From NCBI RefSeq assembly GCF_004010195.1, contig NC_057718.1:3011436-3075435 (forward strand): a stretch of 64,000 nt of DNA. The letters run 5' to 3'. The position numbers were made by a program, and so were the translations under genes. The notes under the pieces are model-generated. The model did not search any database, was not told the origin of the DNA, and saw only the letters and a list, made by a program, of their open reading frames with translations. Position 1 is the stretch's first letter. Every line of letters begins with the position of its first letter. This document shows, piece after piece, positions 49,531 to 62,354 of this stretch. The DNA is from Chiloscyllium plagiosum (lineage: Eukaryota).

Positions 49531-52500
49531 ATTTCAGAAGTTGCGACCTAGTCAGCAAAGTCAAGTTAACTGGATGGAGATGAAGAGAGAAGGTAGTGAT
49601 ACATACAAATATGATAAAACACTGCCACACTGTGATGAGAAAGATATTGAAGCCTTCTTCATTTCATTTGAAAAATTGGCTAGGCAGATGGAGTAGTGAT
49701 AGGACTTGTGTGTAATGCTAGTTCAGACTAAACTGGAAGGCAGAGCTAGTGAGGTATTTGCAGTGCTGTCAGATGAGGAGTCAAAAGATTATGAAGAGAT
49801 CAAAAAAGCTATTTTGAGTGCTTATGAATTGTTACCAGAAGTGTATAAACAGCAGTTCAGAAACATAAAGAAGGAATCAGGTCAAACTTGTGTTGAGTTC
49901 AAAAGAATTAAGCATAGTAATTTTGATAGGTGGATGCCGGCATTAAAAATTGATACGACCTATAAGGCTCTAAGAGAGATTTTTCTGCTGGAGCAGTGTA
50001 AAAACTCTCTTCCAGAGATGATAAGAATTCATGTGGCTGAAAAGAAAGTCCAAGAAGTGAGAAGAGGTGGACGATGAATATACATTGGTGCATAAGGCAA
50101 TGTTTAGCCTCTAGCAAGAATTTCATCCTGTGAGGAATAGAATTTGGGAGAAGAGGAGATCTTACACTACAAAACAAAGAGTAGAGAAAACTGGTAATTG
50201 CTTACCACAGGTTAAAAAAGAAGCCCAAGAGAGTGAAAAGGAGGCGAAATAGAATGTGGTGTTTTCATTGTAATGGAGTGGGACACTGAAAATTACAGTG
50301 CCAGTGGTTTCAGAAGGGCACTGGGAGAAAGTGTTTTCACTGCCAGAAGGTGGCACATGTAAATTCACAGTGCTGGTCATCAAAGAAAGGCACTGTGGGA
50401 AATGATGTGGGAAAACAAACTCAACCAGTGGCATTAGTGAAAATAGGAAAAGGAAACTCCAAGAAAATTCAAGGAGCTGCAGGAGACTGCAAGCTTAGGT
50501 CGAGGCTGGGTACAGACTTAGTGCTTGATCTCTGTAAAGAATTCACCTCTGTGGGTAAAGTTTACTCAGAAAGAACAGGGGGAGAAGGGCAAGAAGTTAC
50601 AATTTTGAGAGATACAGGATCTAACCAGTCTCTAATAGTAAGAGATAAACCTACTTGCACTTTATCTGATTTGTTACCCGAGAGTGTGGTAATTTGTTGG
50701 ATAGATAGACAGAAGTTTCGCATTTTCCTGTATAAGAACAGGTTGGAGTGCTAACTCAAAGCTGGGAAAGTAACAGTGGGAGTGATTGACAGTGTGTTAG
50801 TTCCAGAAATGCAGTTCATTCTTGAGAATGACTTAGCAATCCAAGATGTAAGTGACATCCATTATTGTGGAGAAGCCAAGAAAGACCATGGAACTGAGGA
50901 GTTAAAAGAAAAATACTCCGGAATTTTCCCAGACTGTGTTGTAACAAGATTCCACTATCATAAGCCACAGCATGAAGCAAAGACTAAGAGAAGGATGAAG
51001 GAGTTAAAGTTCAGTTAGCAGACACCCTGTTTGATGTAATGGTGCAGGAAAAGCATGAACAGGCAGAGGGTCAGGCAGAAGTGATTAGTCATGGATAGCT
51101 GATGGACTTACAACAGAAAGACGAGACAATAAAAGATTTGAGTGTTGATGCATACTTAGAAAAGAGTGAGAGAATACTCTTGAGGGTTATTATCTTAAAG
51201 ATGGAATCCTAAGACAAAAATGGAGACCACGGCAGGTTAGTGTAGAGGTCAAATGGGCCGAAATGCACCAGGTTGTGCTGCTGGTAGCATACAGATAGGA
51301 GGTGTTACAGGTAGCACATGAACTAAATGTTGGAGGTCACCTAGGTGTACAGAAGACTCAGGCTAAGGTACAAAAACATTTCTATTGGCCTTGAACACAC
51401 AAGGATGTCATTAAATTTTGCTATACATGTCATACATGTTAAATGGTAGGTAAGATACAGGCAGTTGCCAATTCCTGCATTCCATGAACCTTTCATGTGG
51501 GTTATAATTGATTGTGTAGATCCCCTCCCAAGAACTAAAAGTGGAAACCAGCACTTGCTAACCATAACGGATATATTTATCAAATAATTCCATTATGGGG
51601 TATTAAGGCAAAAAGGGTGATGGGGTCGTTAGTAGCTTTCTTCACTTGGTATGATGTCACAATATTGGTTCTGTTACAAGGTTACTACATCCTTGATTTT
51701 TTTCAGAGGGTTGCAAAACAGCCAAAGCTCTGAAACAGCTGATTTGGTGAGGAGATGGATGGTTTATTGGGACCCTTGTTGTTTACCCTAACAGATTGTG
51801 CTTCAGACCAAAAGCTTGAAAGGTCTTTTGAAAATTATTGTAGCCAAGGGAGCGTATCCAGCTCTCTATCTGTGCAGTTCAGTTCAAAACTTTAGTCAGT
51901 TCATTTGCAGCAGGGGATGTGTGAAACAAGCTGCAGAATTCTCTCTCCTAACTGTAGGTAGCTGATTTTACCTTTTGTGTTCAGGGACATGTGCCTTGGG
52001 ACTGTTGCAAGTATTTTTGGAACAGTATCATTAAGTCAGGTTGGGATACGATAAGTTAGGCGGTATTCTGTTTTGTGTTCTTTGTTTTTCATTCCAAAAT
52101 TTTGTAATTAAATCTTACTTGTTTAAAACTTGTCAGATGTCCCACCTAATTTACACCAGGAATAACCACAGTACACCAAGCTAAACAAATAGCATAGTTA
52201 GTCTGGGCTACCTGCTTAAATGTTTTGAGGGGTCTAGCCAAGTCCATAACAGATTTGGAGCTGTTTGTGTGATTTAAGCAGTGAGTGGTAGGTGTTAGTG
52301 TCTTTTGATTTGAGTGTTGTTTTGGTTGGTTTAAACATATTTAAGATAGCAATGGCTCTTTCAATCATGACGGGGTACCTGGAGATGGAAGACATGCCTT
52401 GAGAGGTTTTACAAAAAGCAAATAAGACATGCTTTGAGAATTAACAGACAAGCTGTGGTTGAATTTACTTCATAATGTGAGGAAAGATGTAATGATTTCA

Positions 52501-53094
52501 GCAGTAGCCCAGATTTTAAATTGTTGGAAACACCATTAGGATCTATAGTGATGGCAAGAATTCAATTGAAAATGAAACAGCTTGACGTAGGAGTAAGAGA
52601 GAAGGAAAGGGCAGCAGAAATGAAGCAGTTTGAGTTAATTGGAAGAGAGAGAAAAAGGAAATGAACAAAGGGTTTTATCAGAAGAGAAACAAAAAGATAG
52701 AGAATCTGAGTTTCAGAAATTGATACTTAAAAAGGGAAGTCAGCATAAAAAAATGGAGACAAAGGTTGAAGGTACACTTAGTGAGGAAGAGAATGAGCAT
52801 GAGCAAGCCCCTGACAGTCAAAAATCTGGTGAGAAACTGTTTAAGTTTGTTCAAGCATCGCCTAGACTTCATGAGAAGGATGTTGAAGCCTTTTTAATCT
52901 CATTTGAAAATGTAGCAAAGCACATGCAGTGGCCAGTGGCAATGTGGGTTTGGTTGATCCAAACCAAAATTGTAGGTAGAGCTAGAGAGGTATTCACATC
53001 ACTGTCAGAGGAGGTATCTGAGGAGGATAGGTGAAAAAAGACAACTTAAGTGCATATCAATTGGTACCAGAAGCCAACAGACAACATTTCAGGA

Positions 53095-53960
53095 ATGGGT
53101 GTAGGTTTGCTCGCTGAGCTGTAGGTTTGATATCCAAACGTTTCATTACCTGCTAGGTAACATCATTAGTGGCGACCTCCAAGTGAAGCGAAACTGTTGT
53201 CTCCTGCTTTCTATTTATATGTTTTCCTGGATGGGGTTCCTGGGGTTTGTGGTGATGTCATTTCCTGTCGTTTTCTGAGGGGTTGATAAGTGGTATCTAG
53301 ATCTATGTGTTTGTTTATGACGTTGTGGTTCAGTGCCAGGCCTCTAAGAATTCTCTGGCATGTCTTTTATTAGCCTGTCCCAGGATAGATGTGTTGTCCC
53401 AGTCGAAATGGTGTTTTTTTTCATCCATGTGTCGGGCTACAAGGGAGAGACCGTCATGTCTTTTTTTTGTGGCTAGCTGGTGTTCATGTATCCTGGTGGC
53501 TAACTTTCTTCCTGTTTGTCCTACGTAGTGTTTGTAGCAGTCCTTGCATGGAATTTTGTAGATGACGTTGATTTTGTACTGGGTTAGTTTTTGTTTGAGA
53601 GTGTTGATGGGTTTGTGTGCTACTAGGATTCCGAGGGGTCTTAGTAGTCTGGCTGTCATTTCTGAGACTTCTTTGATGTATGGTAATGTGGTTAGGGTTT
53701 CTGGCTGTGTTAGGTCTGCTTGTCATGGTTTGTTCCTGAGGAATCTGCAGACTGTATTTTTTGAGTATCCATTCTTCTTGAATACGTTGTATAGGTAGTT
53801 CTTCTCTGTTTTCTGAAGTTTGTCTGTGCTGCAGTGTGTGGTGGCTCATTGGAATAGTGTTCTGATACAGCTTTGTTTGTGTGTGTTGGGATGTTTGCTG
53901 GTGTAGTTAAGTATTTGGTCAGTGTTTGTCGGTTTTCTGTATACGCAGGTTTGTAGTTCT
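53095..53960 (-). mobile_element. Penelope-like element inserted in the nested Gypsy gag
   Basis: NVIYKIPCKDCYKHYVGQTGRKLATRIHEH (GIY-YIG); eroded hammerhead core at ~53136-53170. Confidence 0.88.
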
Positions 53961-54620
53961 CACAAAGCTAGCTTTTCACAAAGCAAGTCCCTTTTTTTGC
54001 TAAAAGCTGTTTCTTGGCTCAAAGATACTCTGCCTTGTTTTTTTTTCAGACAGGTAATAAACAAGGCCAAGCTCCAATTAAACCCGTTTGGTACAGAGAT
54101 GAAAAGGATTTTGAGAGGCCTTTTGTTGATATGTAAACAGATGAGACTTCAGGCCTAAGTGGTCATGTTTTAGAAGTGACCTGTATAATGAAAGGGGAGT
54201 GGTCAGCTCTCTAGCTGAGCAGTTTAGTTCAGTCTTGAACTAGTGAGTTGTTCAACATGGAGCTGTGTGGAAACTCCCTCTCTCTCTTTCTGCCCTTCAA
54301 CTTCTACCTGGGAGCATATGTTCCATTTATACTGGTTTTTAAAGGGAACTTTCTTATTGGGACTGTTGTGTATATTCAGAACAGCAAAATTAAGTCTATT
54401 TTGGATAGACTGAGTTCTGTAGGGGTTCTTTATTCTGTTCTTTGTGTTTCATTGTGTAATTTTGTGAATACATTTTTGCCTGATTTAAAATCCAGTAGTC
54501 AGCTTAGCTAACTTAATCTGGGTAATTTTCACTGTACACTTACCGAAACAAATTGTAAAGTTATGGTCTGAGATGCCTCCTTAAGAATATTTTGAGTGAC
54601 CAGGCTTAGTCCACAACAGC
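53960..54620 (+). mobile_element. Additional LTR-like fragment
   Basis: Similar in layout to the 51655 LTR (aagggagtggtcagctctct.., ttttgag..agtccacaaca end). Confidence 0.55.
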
Positions 54621-55379
54621 TTCCTGAATCAATTTCAATCCCTGATGGATGAAAGTTGGGGAAAAGAGAAATCCTCATGTGGAAAGGGTAAGGCAGATCT
54701 CAGTGAAGATCATAAGGAGAACTCACCACAGGGTAAAAACGAAACACTTGAGGGGGACAAAGAAGGTAAAAAGCTCCAGTATTTTCATTGCAATAACGTA
54801 GGACATATGAAATCACAGTGATAGTGGGCTAGGAAAAGCACAGGAAATACAGACGTGGGAAAACAGGACAAATCCAGAAGTTTCATTGGCATGGTAACAG
54901 AAAGCACAGTGGAAGCAAGATAGCTACAGAGTACACAAGCTGATCACAGTTGGTTAAAGAGGAAGTGCCAGATCTGCTTAAAAATATGCCTACAAAGGTA
55001 AAGTTTATTCATATAGGCCAGAGAAGCAGGTAAAGAGGTTGCAACATTTAAGAACAGAGGATCCTCTTGGTCTGTAATGCTGAAGGATGAAGAGATATGT
55101 ACTCCTGGAGGACTATTGCCAGAAAAGGTACTGCTAACAGGAATTCAGTTGAAACAAAAAACACTCAATTATGTAAAGTGAGGTTAGAGTGTACAGAAAA
55201 GAGTGGAGAATTTGTGGTAGGAGTAGTGGACAAACACTCAACTTCAGGAGTACATTTGTCCTTGCAAATGTTATAGCTGATTCACTGATAGGCATGCTGT
55301 CTACTCTAGTTTAAAAGCCAGTAGAGATCCAGGCAACTGAAGCAATGCAGGATGCCTATCCAGGAATCTTCCCTGATTA

Positions 55380-56480
55380 GAGTCATAGAGTCATAGAGAT
55401 GTACAGAATGGAAACAAACCCTTCGGTCCAACCTGTCCACGTCGTCCAGATATCCCAACTCAATCTGCCAGCACCCGGCCCATATCCCTCCAAACTCTTC
55501 CTATTCATATACCCATCTAAATGCCTCTTCAATTTTGCAATTGTTCCAGCCTCTACCACATCCTCTGGCAGCTCATTCCATACATGTACCACCCTCTGCG
55601 TGAAAAAGTTGTCCCTTAGGTCTCTTTTATATCTTTCCGCTCTCATCCTAAACCTATGCCCTCTAGTTCTGGCCTCCCCGATTCCAGGGAAAAGACTTTG
55701 TCTTTTTATCCTATCCATGCCCCTCATAATTTTGTAAACCTCAATAAGGTCACCCCTCAGCCTCTGATACTCCAGGGAAAATAGCCCCAGCCTGTTCAGC
55801 CTCTCCCTATAGCTCAAATCCTCCAACCCTGGCAACATCCTTGTAAGTCTTTTCTGAACCCTTTCAAGTTTCACAACATCTTTCCGATAGGAAGGAGACC
55901 AGAATTGCATGCAATAATCCAACAGTGGCCTAACCAATGTCCTGTACAGCTCAACATGACCTCCCAACCCCTGTATTCAATACTCTGACCAATAAAGGAA
56001 AGCATACCAAACGCCTTCTTCACTGTCCTATCAACTTGCGACTCCACTTTCAAGGAGCTATGAGCCTGCACTCCAAGGTCTCTTTGTTCAGCAACACTCC
56101 CTAGGACCTTACCATTAAGTGTATAAGTCTTGTGGCACTCCACTGGTCACAGGCCTCCAGTCAGAAAAACAACCCTCCACCACCACCCTCTGGCTCTACC
56201 TTTGAGCCAGTTCTGTATCCAAATGGCTAGTTCTCCCTTTATTCCATGAGATCTAACCTTGCTAATCAGTCTCCCATGTGGAACCTTGTCAAACTCCAAG
56301 GAACAGGAGAATCGACGTTTTGGGTTCCTAAAGAAGGGCTTATGCCCAAAACGTCGATTCTCCTGTTCCTTGGATGCTGCCTGACCTGCTGCGCTTTTCC
56401 AGCAACACATTTTCAGCTCTGATCTCCAGCATCTGCAGTCCTCACTTTCTCCTCGAACCTTGTCAAACACCTTACTGAAG
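55380..56480 (-). mobile_element. Young CR1 3' fragment containing a Penelope terminal-repeat insertion
   Basis: 194-aa ORF LYRTLVRPLLDYCMQFWSP..; insertion at 56295-56454 flanked by a 14-bp TSD gaaccttgtcaaac. Confidence 0.9.
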
Positions 56481-59064
56481 TCAAAGATCACAGAGCCCCA
56501 AGCTGAAGCTAGAGAGATCAAAGCATACAGAAGTAGCATTAGCAGAGACTGTGTTCAGTTATGCAAGTGGGACAGAACAGGAGCAAATACCTAAACATGC
56601 AAGTAACTTTAGCTCTGCTGAGCTCATTGAGTTACAGCAGAATGATGAAAATTTAAAGCAGTTGTATCAAAAGACATGCACAGTAAATGAGTCTGAATTC
56701 ATCACTGTGTGTTATTACCTGAAAAATGTTGTCTTAATGAGGAAATAGAGACCATTACATAGTTAGGTAGATGAGAAATGGCCAGAAATTCGTCAAATTG
56801 GATTGCCAATGGGGTTTAGAAAGGAGGTATTGTGAGTGGTGCATGAGCTACCACTTGAGGTCATTTAGGAGTGAGGAAAACACAGGCTAAAATACAAAAC
56901 ATTTTTACTGGCCTGAAATGCACGAGGATGTAATTGAATTTTGCCAGACATGTCATACATGTCAGGTAATTGGGAAACCACAGGCAGTAATAAAACCTGA
57001 ACCTTTAATACCTATTCCTGCATTTGAGGAATCTTTTACAAAAGTCTTGATTGATCGCATGGGTCCCCTCCCTCAAACAAAATGTGGAAATCAGAATTTG
57101 TTAACAATAATGGATGTATTGATCAGATTTCCAGAGGCCATTCCATTATGCAATACCACAGCTGAAACGATTGTGGAGGAATTACTCAAGTGTTAAATGC
57201 AATACAGACTACCAATAGAGATACTGTCAGATCAAGTGTTAAACTTCACATCTAAACTATTAAAGGAAGTTATGGACAGCTTAGGCATAAAACGATTCAA
57301 ATCTACTGTGTACCATCCAGAGTCGCAGGGAGCACTAAAAAGATGACAGCAAACACTAAAGGCCATGTTGAGGGCTTATAGTCAGGATTATCCAGATGAT
57401 TGGGATAATGGTATTCAGTTTGTGCTTATTGTGATATAGATGCACCAAATGAATCGGCCAAATTTGGTCCATTTTAATTAGTTTTTAGATGTGAAGTGAG
57501 ATGCTTTTCAGAGGGTCATAAAGCAACCAGGCTCTGAGTTGGTGCAGAAATGAAAGGTTTATTGGGGCCTTTGTTGTTTGCCCCTAACAGATGGTTCTTC
57601 TGACCAAAAGCTTGAAAGGTCTTTTGAAAAACTGGTACAACCAAGGGGTCATGGTGTTCTCTCTAGCTGTGCAGGTCAGTTCAGAACTGTAGTCAGATCA
57701 GTTGCAGCAGTGGATGTATGAGACAGGCTGCTGAATTATTTCTCCTTCTAACTGTAAGCCTCTCCCTGATTTTACTTTTGTGCTAAGGGACATGTGTATT
57801 GGACTGTTTCACATATTTTTTGGACATTATCATTAAGTTGGGTTTGGATAGGATAAGTTAGGCAGTATTCTGTTTTCTGTTTTTGGTGTTTCATTCTGTA
57901 ATTTTGTCAATGAATATTGTGTGGTTAAAATCTGGCAGATGACTGAGAATTTACACTGGGAATATCCACAATACATCTCGCTAAGCAACTAACAAAGTTA
58001 AGGTCTGGGCTACTTGCTTAAAAATGTTTTGAGGGGTCTTGTCTAGTCCATAATAAGTGGGCTATCCAGAGAGATTCAATCAGACCAAAACTCTAAATTT
58101 AATGATAGGCTCCTTAAGGATGTCAAGGATAGCTTAGGCACATAGCCCTTTAAATCAAGTGCATATCATCCTGAATCCCATGGACCTTCAGAAAGGTGGC
58201 ATCAGACCCTGAAGACTATATTAAGAGCATACTGTCAGGATTACTTGAATGATTGGGATAAAAATATCACATTTGTTTTGTTTCCCATTAGTGATGCCCC
58301 AAACAAATCAACTCTGTTTATTCCCTTCGAGTTAATTTTCGACCATGAAGTGAGAGGCCCTTTGAATTTAATTAAAGAGAAATTGACAGGACCAAAGTCA
58401 GAGATCCGACGTTTGGATGATGTATTGGAGGTGAAGGTAGATTAAATCGGATAGGTGAGTAAGCCAAACAGCACCTGAAGTGGGCACAGCATAAAATGAA
58501 GCAGGTTTCAGATAAAAACTCTGAAATTTGGACATTTTACCATGCTGATGAGATATTAGTATTGTTGGCAGTGATAGAAGATCCCTTCAAAGCCAGATTT
58601 AGGGGTCCCTATCAAATTGAGAAAACGTTGTGTCAAATAAACTATCTGGTAAAGATGCTGGATAGTTAAAAACTCTATTGCATATGTCATGTGAAGATTT
58701 TGAAACCTTGTTATAATAGAGAGAAGGAACTGGAGAAACAGATGTAAGTTACTGCCCTGCAGAGTGAGGAATCAAATTCAGATGTCATGGAGTTTGATGT
58801 GCCTCAAAATGTGCTAAACAATGAGGATATCTTTGAGGAGCGGGATAGGTTAGTAAGCTGTCTCAGGAGCTAAAAAAGCTGTTGGAAGGTTTCTTGCAGT
58901 AATATGAGGGCGTATGTAAGACTCAGATGAGGACGACTAATGCTATTGTGCAAGAGGTAGAAGTAGGAAATGCTGTTCCGATAAAACAACACCCCTACAG
59001 ACTTAATCCTTTCAATGCCAGGCATGTCCAGATGGAAGTCGATGTGACCCTCAACTATGATATC

Positions 59065-59548
59065 GCTGCTGTGGTTCTGTTCGCCGAGCTGGAAGTTTTT
59101 GTTGCAAACGTTTCGTCCCCTGTCTAGGTGACATCCTCAGTGCTTGGGAGCCACCTGTGAAGCACTTCTGTGGTGTTTCCTCCGGCATTTATAGTGGCCT
59201 GTCCCTGCCGCTTCCAGTTGTCAGTTTCAGCTGTCCGCTGTAGTGGCCGGTATATTGGGTCCAGGTCGATGTGTTTGTTGATGGAGTTTGCGGATGAGTG
59301 CCATGCTTCTAGGAATTCCCTGGCTGTTCTTTGTTTGGCTTGCCCTATAATGGTAGTGTTGTCCCAGTCAAATTCATGTTGCTTGTCGTCTGCGTGTGTG
59401 GCTACTAAGGATAGCTGGTCGTGTCGTTTTGTGGCTAGTTGATGTTCGTGGATGCGGATCGTTAGCTGTCTTCCTGTTGTCCTATATAGTGTTTTGTGCT
59501 GTCCTTGCATGGGATTTTGTACACTACATTAGTTTTGCTCATGCTGGG
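59065..59548 (-). mobile_element. Penelope-like element 3' end inserted in Gypsy RT, 9-bp TSD
   Basis: TSD tatgatatc at 59056-59064 and 59549-59557; GIY-YIG C-terminus; hammerhead core CTGAGGA..GAAAC at 59106-59140. Confidence 0.9.
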
Positions 59549-59782
59549 TATGATATCATTGAACTGAATCAGAATGAGTGGAGTTTGCTGATTGTGTTAG
59601 TTCCCAAACCTGATGGGACTCCATGATTTTGTGTGGATTATCAGGAGGTCAACACTATACAAAAATCTGAGTCATACCCAATACCAAGATTGCAGGACTG
59701 TATAGAGAAAGTTGGATGAGCCAGATACATCTCACAGTTGAATTTACTGCGTGGTTATTGACAGGTACCTTTATCAGAGAAA

Positions 59783-60550
59783 CATAGAACATAGAACAAC
59801 AGAGCGCAGAACAGGCCCTTCGGCCCTCGATGTTGCGCCGACCTATGAATAATTCTCAATTTGTCCCCCCTACACTATCCCAAAATCATCCATGTGCTTA
59901 TCTAAAGATTGTCTAAATCTCCCTAATGTGGTTGAGTTAACTACATTGGCAGGTTGGGCATTCAACGCCCTTACCACTCTCTGCGTAAATAACCTGCATC
60001 TGACATTGTTCTTAAATCTATGACACCTCAGTTTGTAGTTATGCACTCTCATACAAGCTGGTATCATCATCCTAGGAAAATGTCTTTCACTGTCTATCCT
60101 ATCTAATCCTCTGATCATCTTATATGTCTCTATTAAATCCCCCCTTAGCCTTCTTCTTTCCAATCAGAACAGACCCAAGTCTCTCAGCCTCTCCTCATAA
60201 CACCTTCCCTCCAGACCAGGCAACGTCCTGGTAAATCTCCTCTGCACTTTTTCCAATGCTTCCACATCCTTCCTGTAGTGGGGTGACCAGAACTGTACAC
60301 AATATTCCAAGTGTGGCCACACCTGCGTTTTGTATAATTGCAGCATGATATTGCGGTCCCAGAACTCAATCCCTCTCGCAATGAAACCTCACACACTGTA
60401 TGCCTTCTTAACAGCACTATCCACCTGGCTGGCAACTTTCAGAGATCTGTGTACATGGACTCCAAGATCCCTCTGCACATCCACATTATCAAGAATCTTT
60501 CCATTGACCCAATACTCTGCCTTCCTTTTATTCTTCCCAAAGTGCATTAC
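59783..60550 (-). mobile_element. CR1 3' fragment
   Basis: (acataga)n tail; HLEYCVQFWSPHYRKDVEALEKVQRRFTR. Confidence 0.88.
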
Positions 60551-62354
60551 TAAATTTAGATGAATGTTCTATGTATTTCATGGTAATATGGTTAAGAATT
60601 AGAAAAAAAATGAAGGCATCTTTTCATTATGATGGTTCATTTTTTTCTTAAGGGTGAAGGTGTTATGAAGTTGAAGGTGTGTACTGTACCTTTAAGAGAT
60701 AGTGAAAGCTTAAAGCTGGCAAGTACCTGTCTTGTGACTGACTAAGAGTCACGGAGTGTGTTGGAAAAAGGAAAGATGTAACATTGGCTGTAACCTCGGT
60801 ACTTCAGCTGTTTTCACATCAGTTTGAATTTAACCAATCAATTTAAACTATGCCCCAAGATATTAAAACTCAATCAAATTTGAATTTTAATGCTTTGACA
60901 TCATCAAACTAATGAGACTTTAACATTGAATCGGAGATCAGAAAAGAGACAAATTTGCTGTATTGTTGATTCATTACACATTTAGTATGACTCATTGTTA
61001 ATTGGGACTTGATTGCTAGTACACTCCCCCCTTTTGAGTCTAAGCACTGTGATGTAAGTGTGTGGTTTCTATATGACTTTAATACCATTTAGTTTGGAAT
61101 TTGGAGTTTGAATGAGTGACATGTCAGTTTTGGTCTCTCTGAGATTCAAAGATTAAAGTGTGAATTTTTCTGGAGTTGTAGTGTTCTCGAGTCTTTGAAT
61201 CCCTCAGCATGGAAACAGACCCTTTAGTTAGCCCAGATCAGACATCCTAAATTGACAGTTCTTGAAGCGCAAATGGGAATTTGTTTGCATTGGGAGAGAT
61301 TTTATGAGTGGACAAAATAAACATTGATCTCATTAGGATGCTTTTATGTTGATGGAATTATTTGTTTTTTTGTTTGGGAGAAATGCAAATTGCCTGGAAA
61401 CCCTAATTATTTCAGTTCAGAGGGTCCTGGTGTGAATTAGATGTATAAAACACTTTCTCCTGATGGAAGATGATGATTTTGGACCACTAATAAATAGGGG
61501 ACTTCAGTATGAACAGTTTAATTTTTGTAATTCCAGACCAAAAGTGACTGATCAGTCACTCAAATGGTTTATTTGTAGCTGAGAATTTCTGTATTATTGT
61601 TGAATGCAAATCTTCAGCTTTGTGTGTTTGCTTCTCAATGAAAGACCAGCATGTTTTATGCAAAAACACCCAAACCAAGTTTCACTGTGGAGTCAGACTT
61701 GTCCAATGCTAAAATCAACTGAGAACATAATGACACATCTCAAAGTGACAGTCAGATCCCATTATTGGAGCTGATCATACGGTCCTGTAGTACTCTATGG
61801 AAATAGCAGCTCACAGGCAAAGAAATGGACATGCATTATCTGTGTCCCTGGACACCAAGGGATGGCTACAACCACACACTAGGCATAGCTGGGATAACGT
61901 CCACTGGCCACTTCCTGCAACTGTCATTGGCTGCCTTGTCCAAGCCCAACAATTGGTGGACTGGGAGATTCTCTGTTCATGCCAACATTCTGAGATGAAA
62001 GCCAATATATCCTGGAATAGAGGTGGCTGGTGGTACCGCATGGGACAGGATCTTTGGGAGCTGATGCAAGATGTGTGTATCTAAGAAGCTGGATTCTGGC
62101 TCTCCAAGCAGCTTCAGAGCACAGGGCAACATGGGATCAGTGAGTAATTAGGAGATCTCCAATGCCGGGGATACCCAGTCTTAGTGAATACTTGGGGGCA
62201 CTGTGTACATGGCAGTGGGACAGTTGTGAGGAATCAGGCTCAGGGAAAAGTGATCATTCCAAGGAAAGCAGTGAGCAGTATAGGCAGGGAATGAGAGAGC
62301 TTCCCACAAGATGCTGCAGTATCTGACCAATGAGTGGGTCAACAGAGATCATCA

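Larger units (their letters stand above)
51655..58055 (+). mobile_element. Nested Gmr1-like Gypsy element inserted in the outer integrase
   Basis: LTRs at 51655-52251 (tgtcac..ccataaca) and ~57505-58055 are mutually similar. Contains gag EKDVEAFLISFENVAKHMQWP and integrase FCQTCHTCQVIGKP..RFPEAIPL. The outer integrase resumes at 58056 (..FFTWY | GLSREIQSDQ). Confidence 0.85.
47650..60930 (+). mobile_element. Gmr1-like Ty3/Gypsy LTR retrotransposon (outer element), degenerate
   Basis: 5' LTR from ~47650 to 48738 ends in ..ataaca, followed by an eroded tRNA-Pro PBS (tggggcttggggccgggat). Then gag with SCAN-like DIEAFFISFEKLARQM, protease ILRDTGSNQS, integrase (HELNVGGHLGVQKT..SAYHPES) and RT (PIKQHPYRLNP, IVLVPKPDGT, FCVDY). 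Polypurine tract and a partial 3' LTR from 60661 match 47665 onward. Confidence 0.88.

Noticed and set aside
49331-49630. Hydrophobic Phe/Leu/Ser-rich ORF resembling a membrane protein
   Set aside because: It is the antisense translation of a purine-rich low-complexity tract.
61797-62084. 95-aa Trp-rich ORF in apparently unique sequence
   Set aside because: No recognisable domain, splice signals or paralog in the window.
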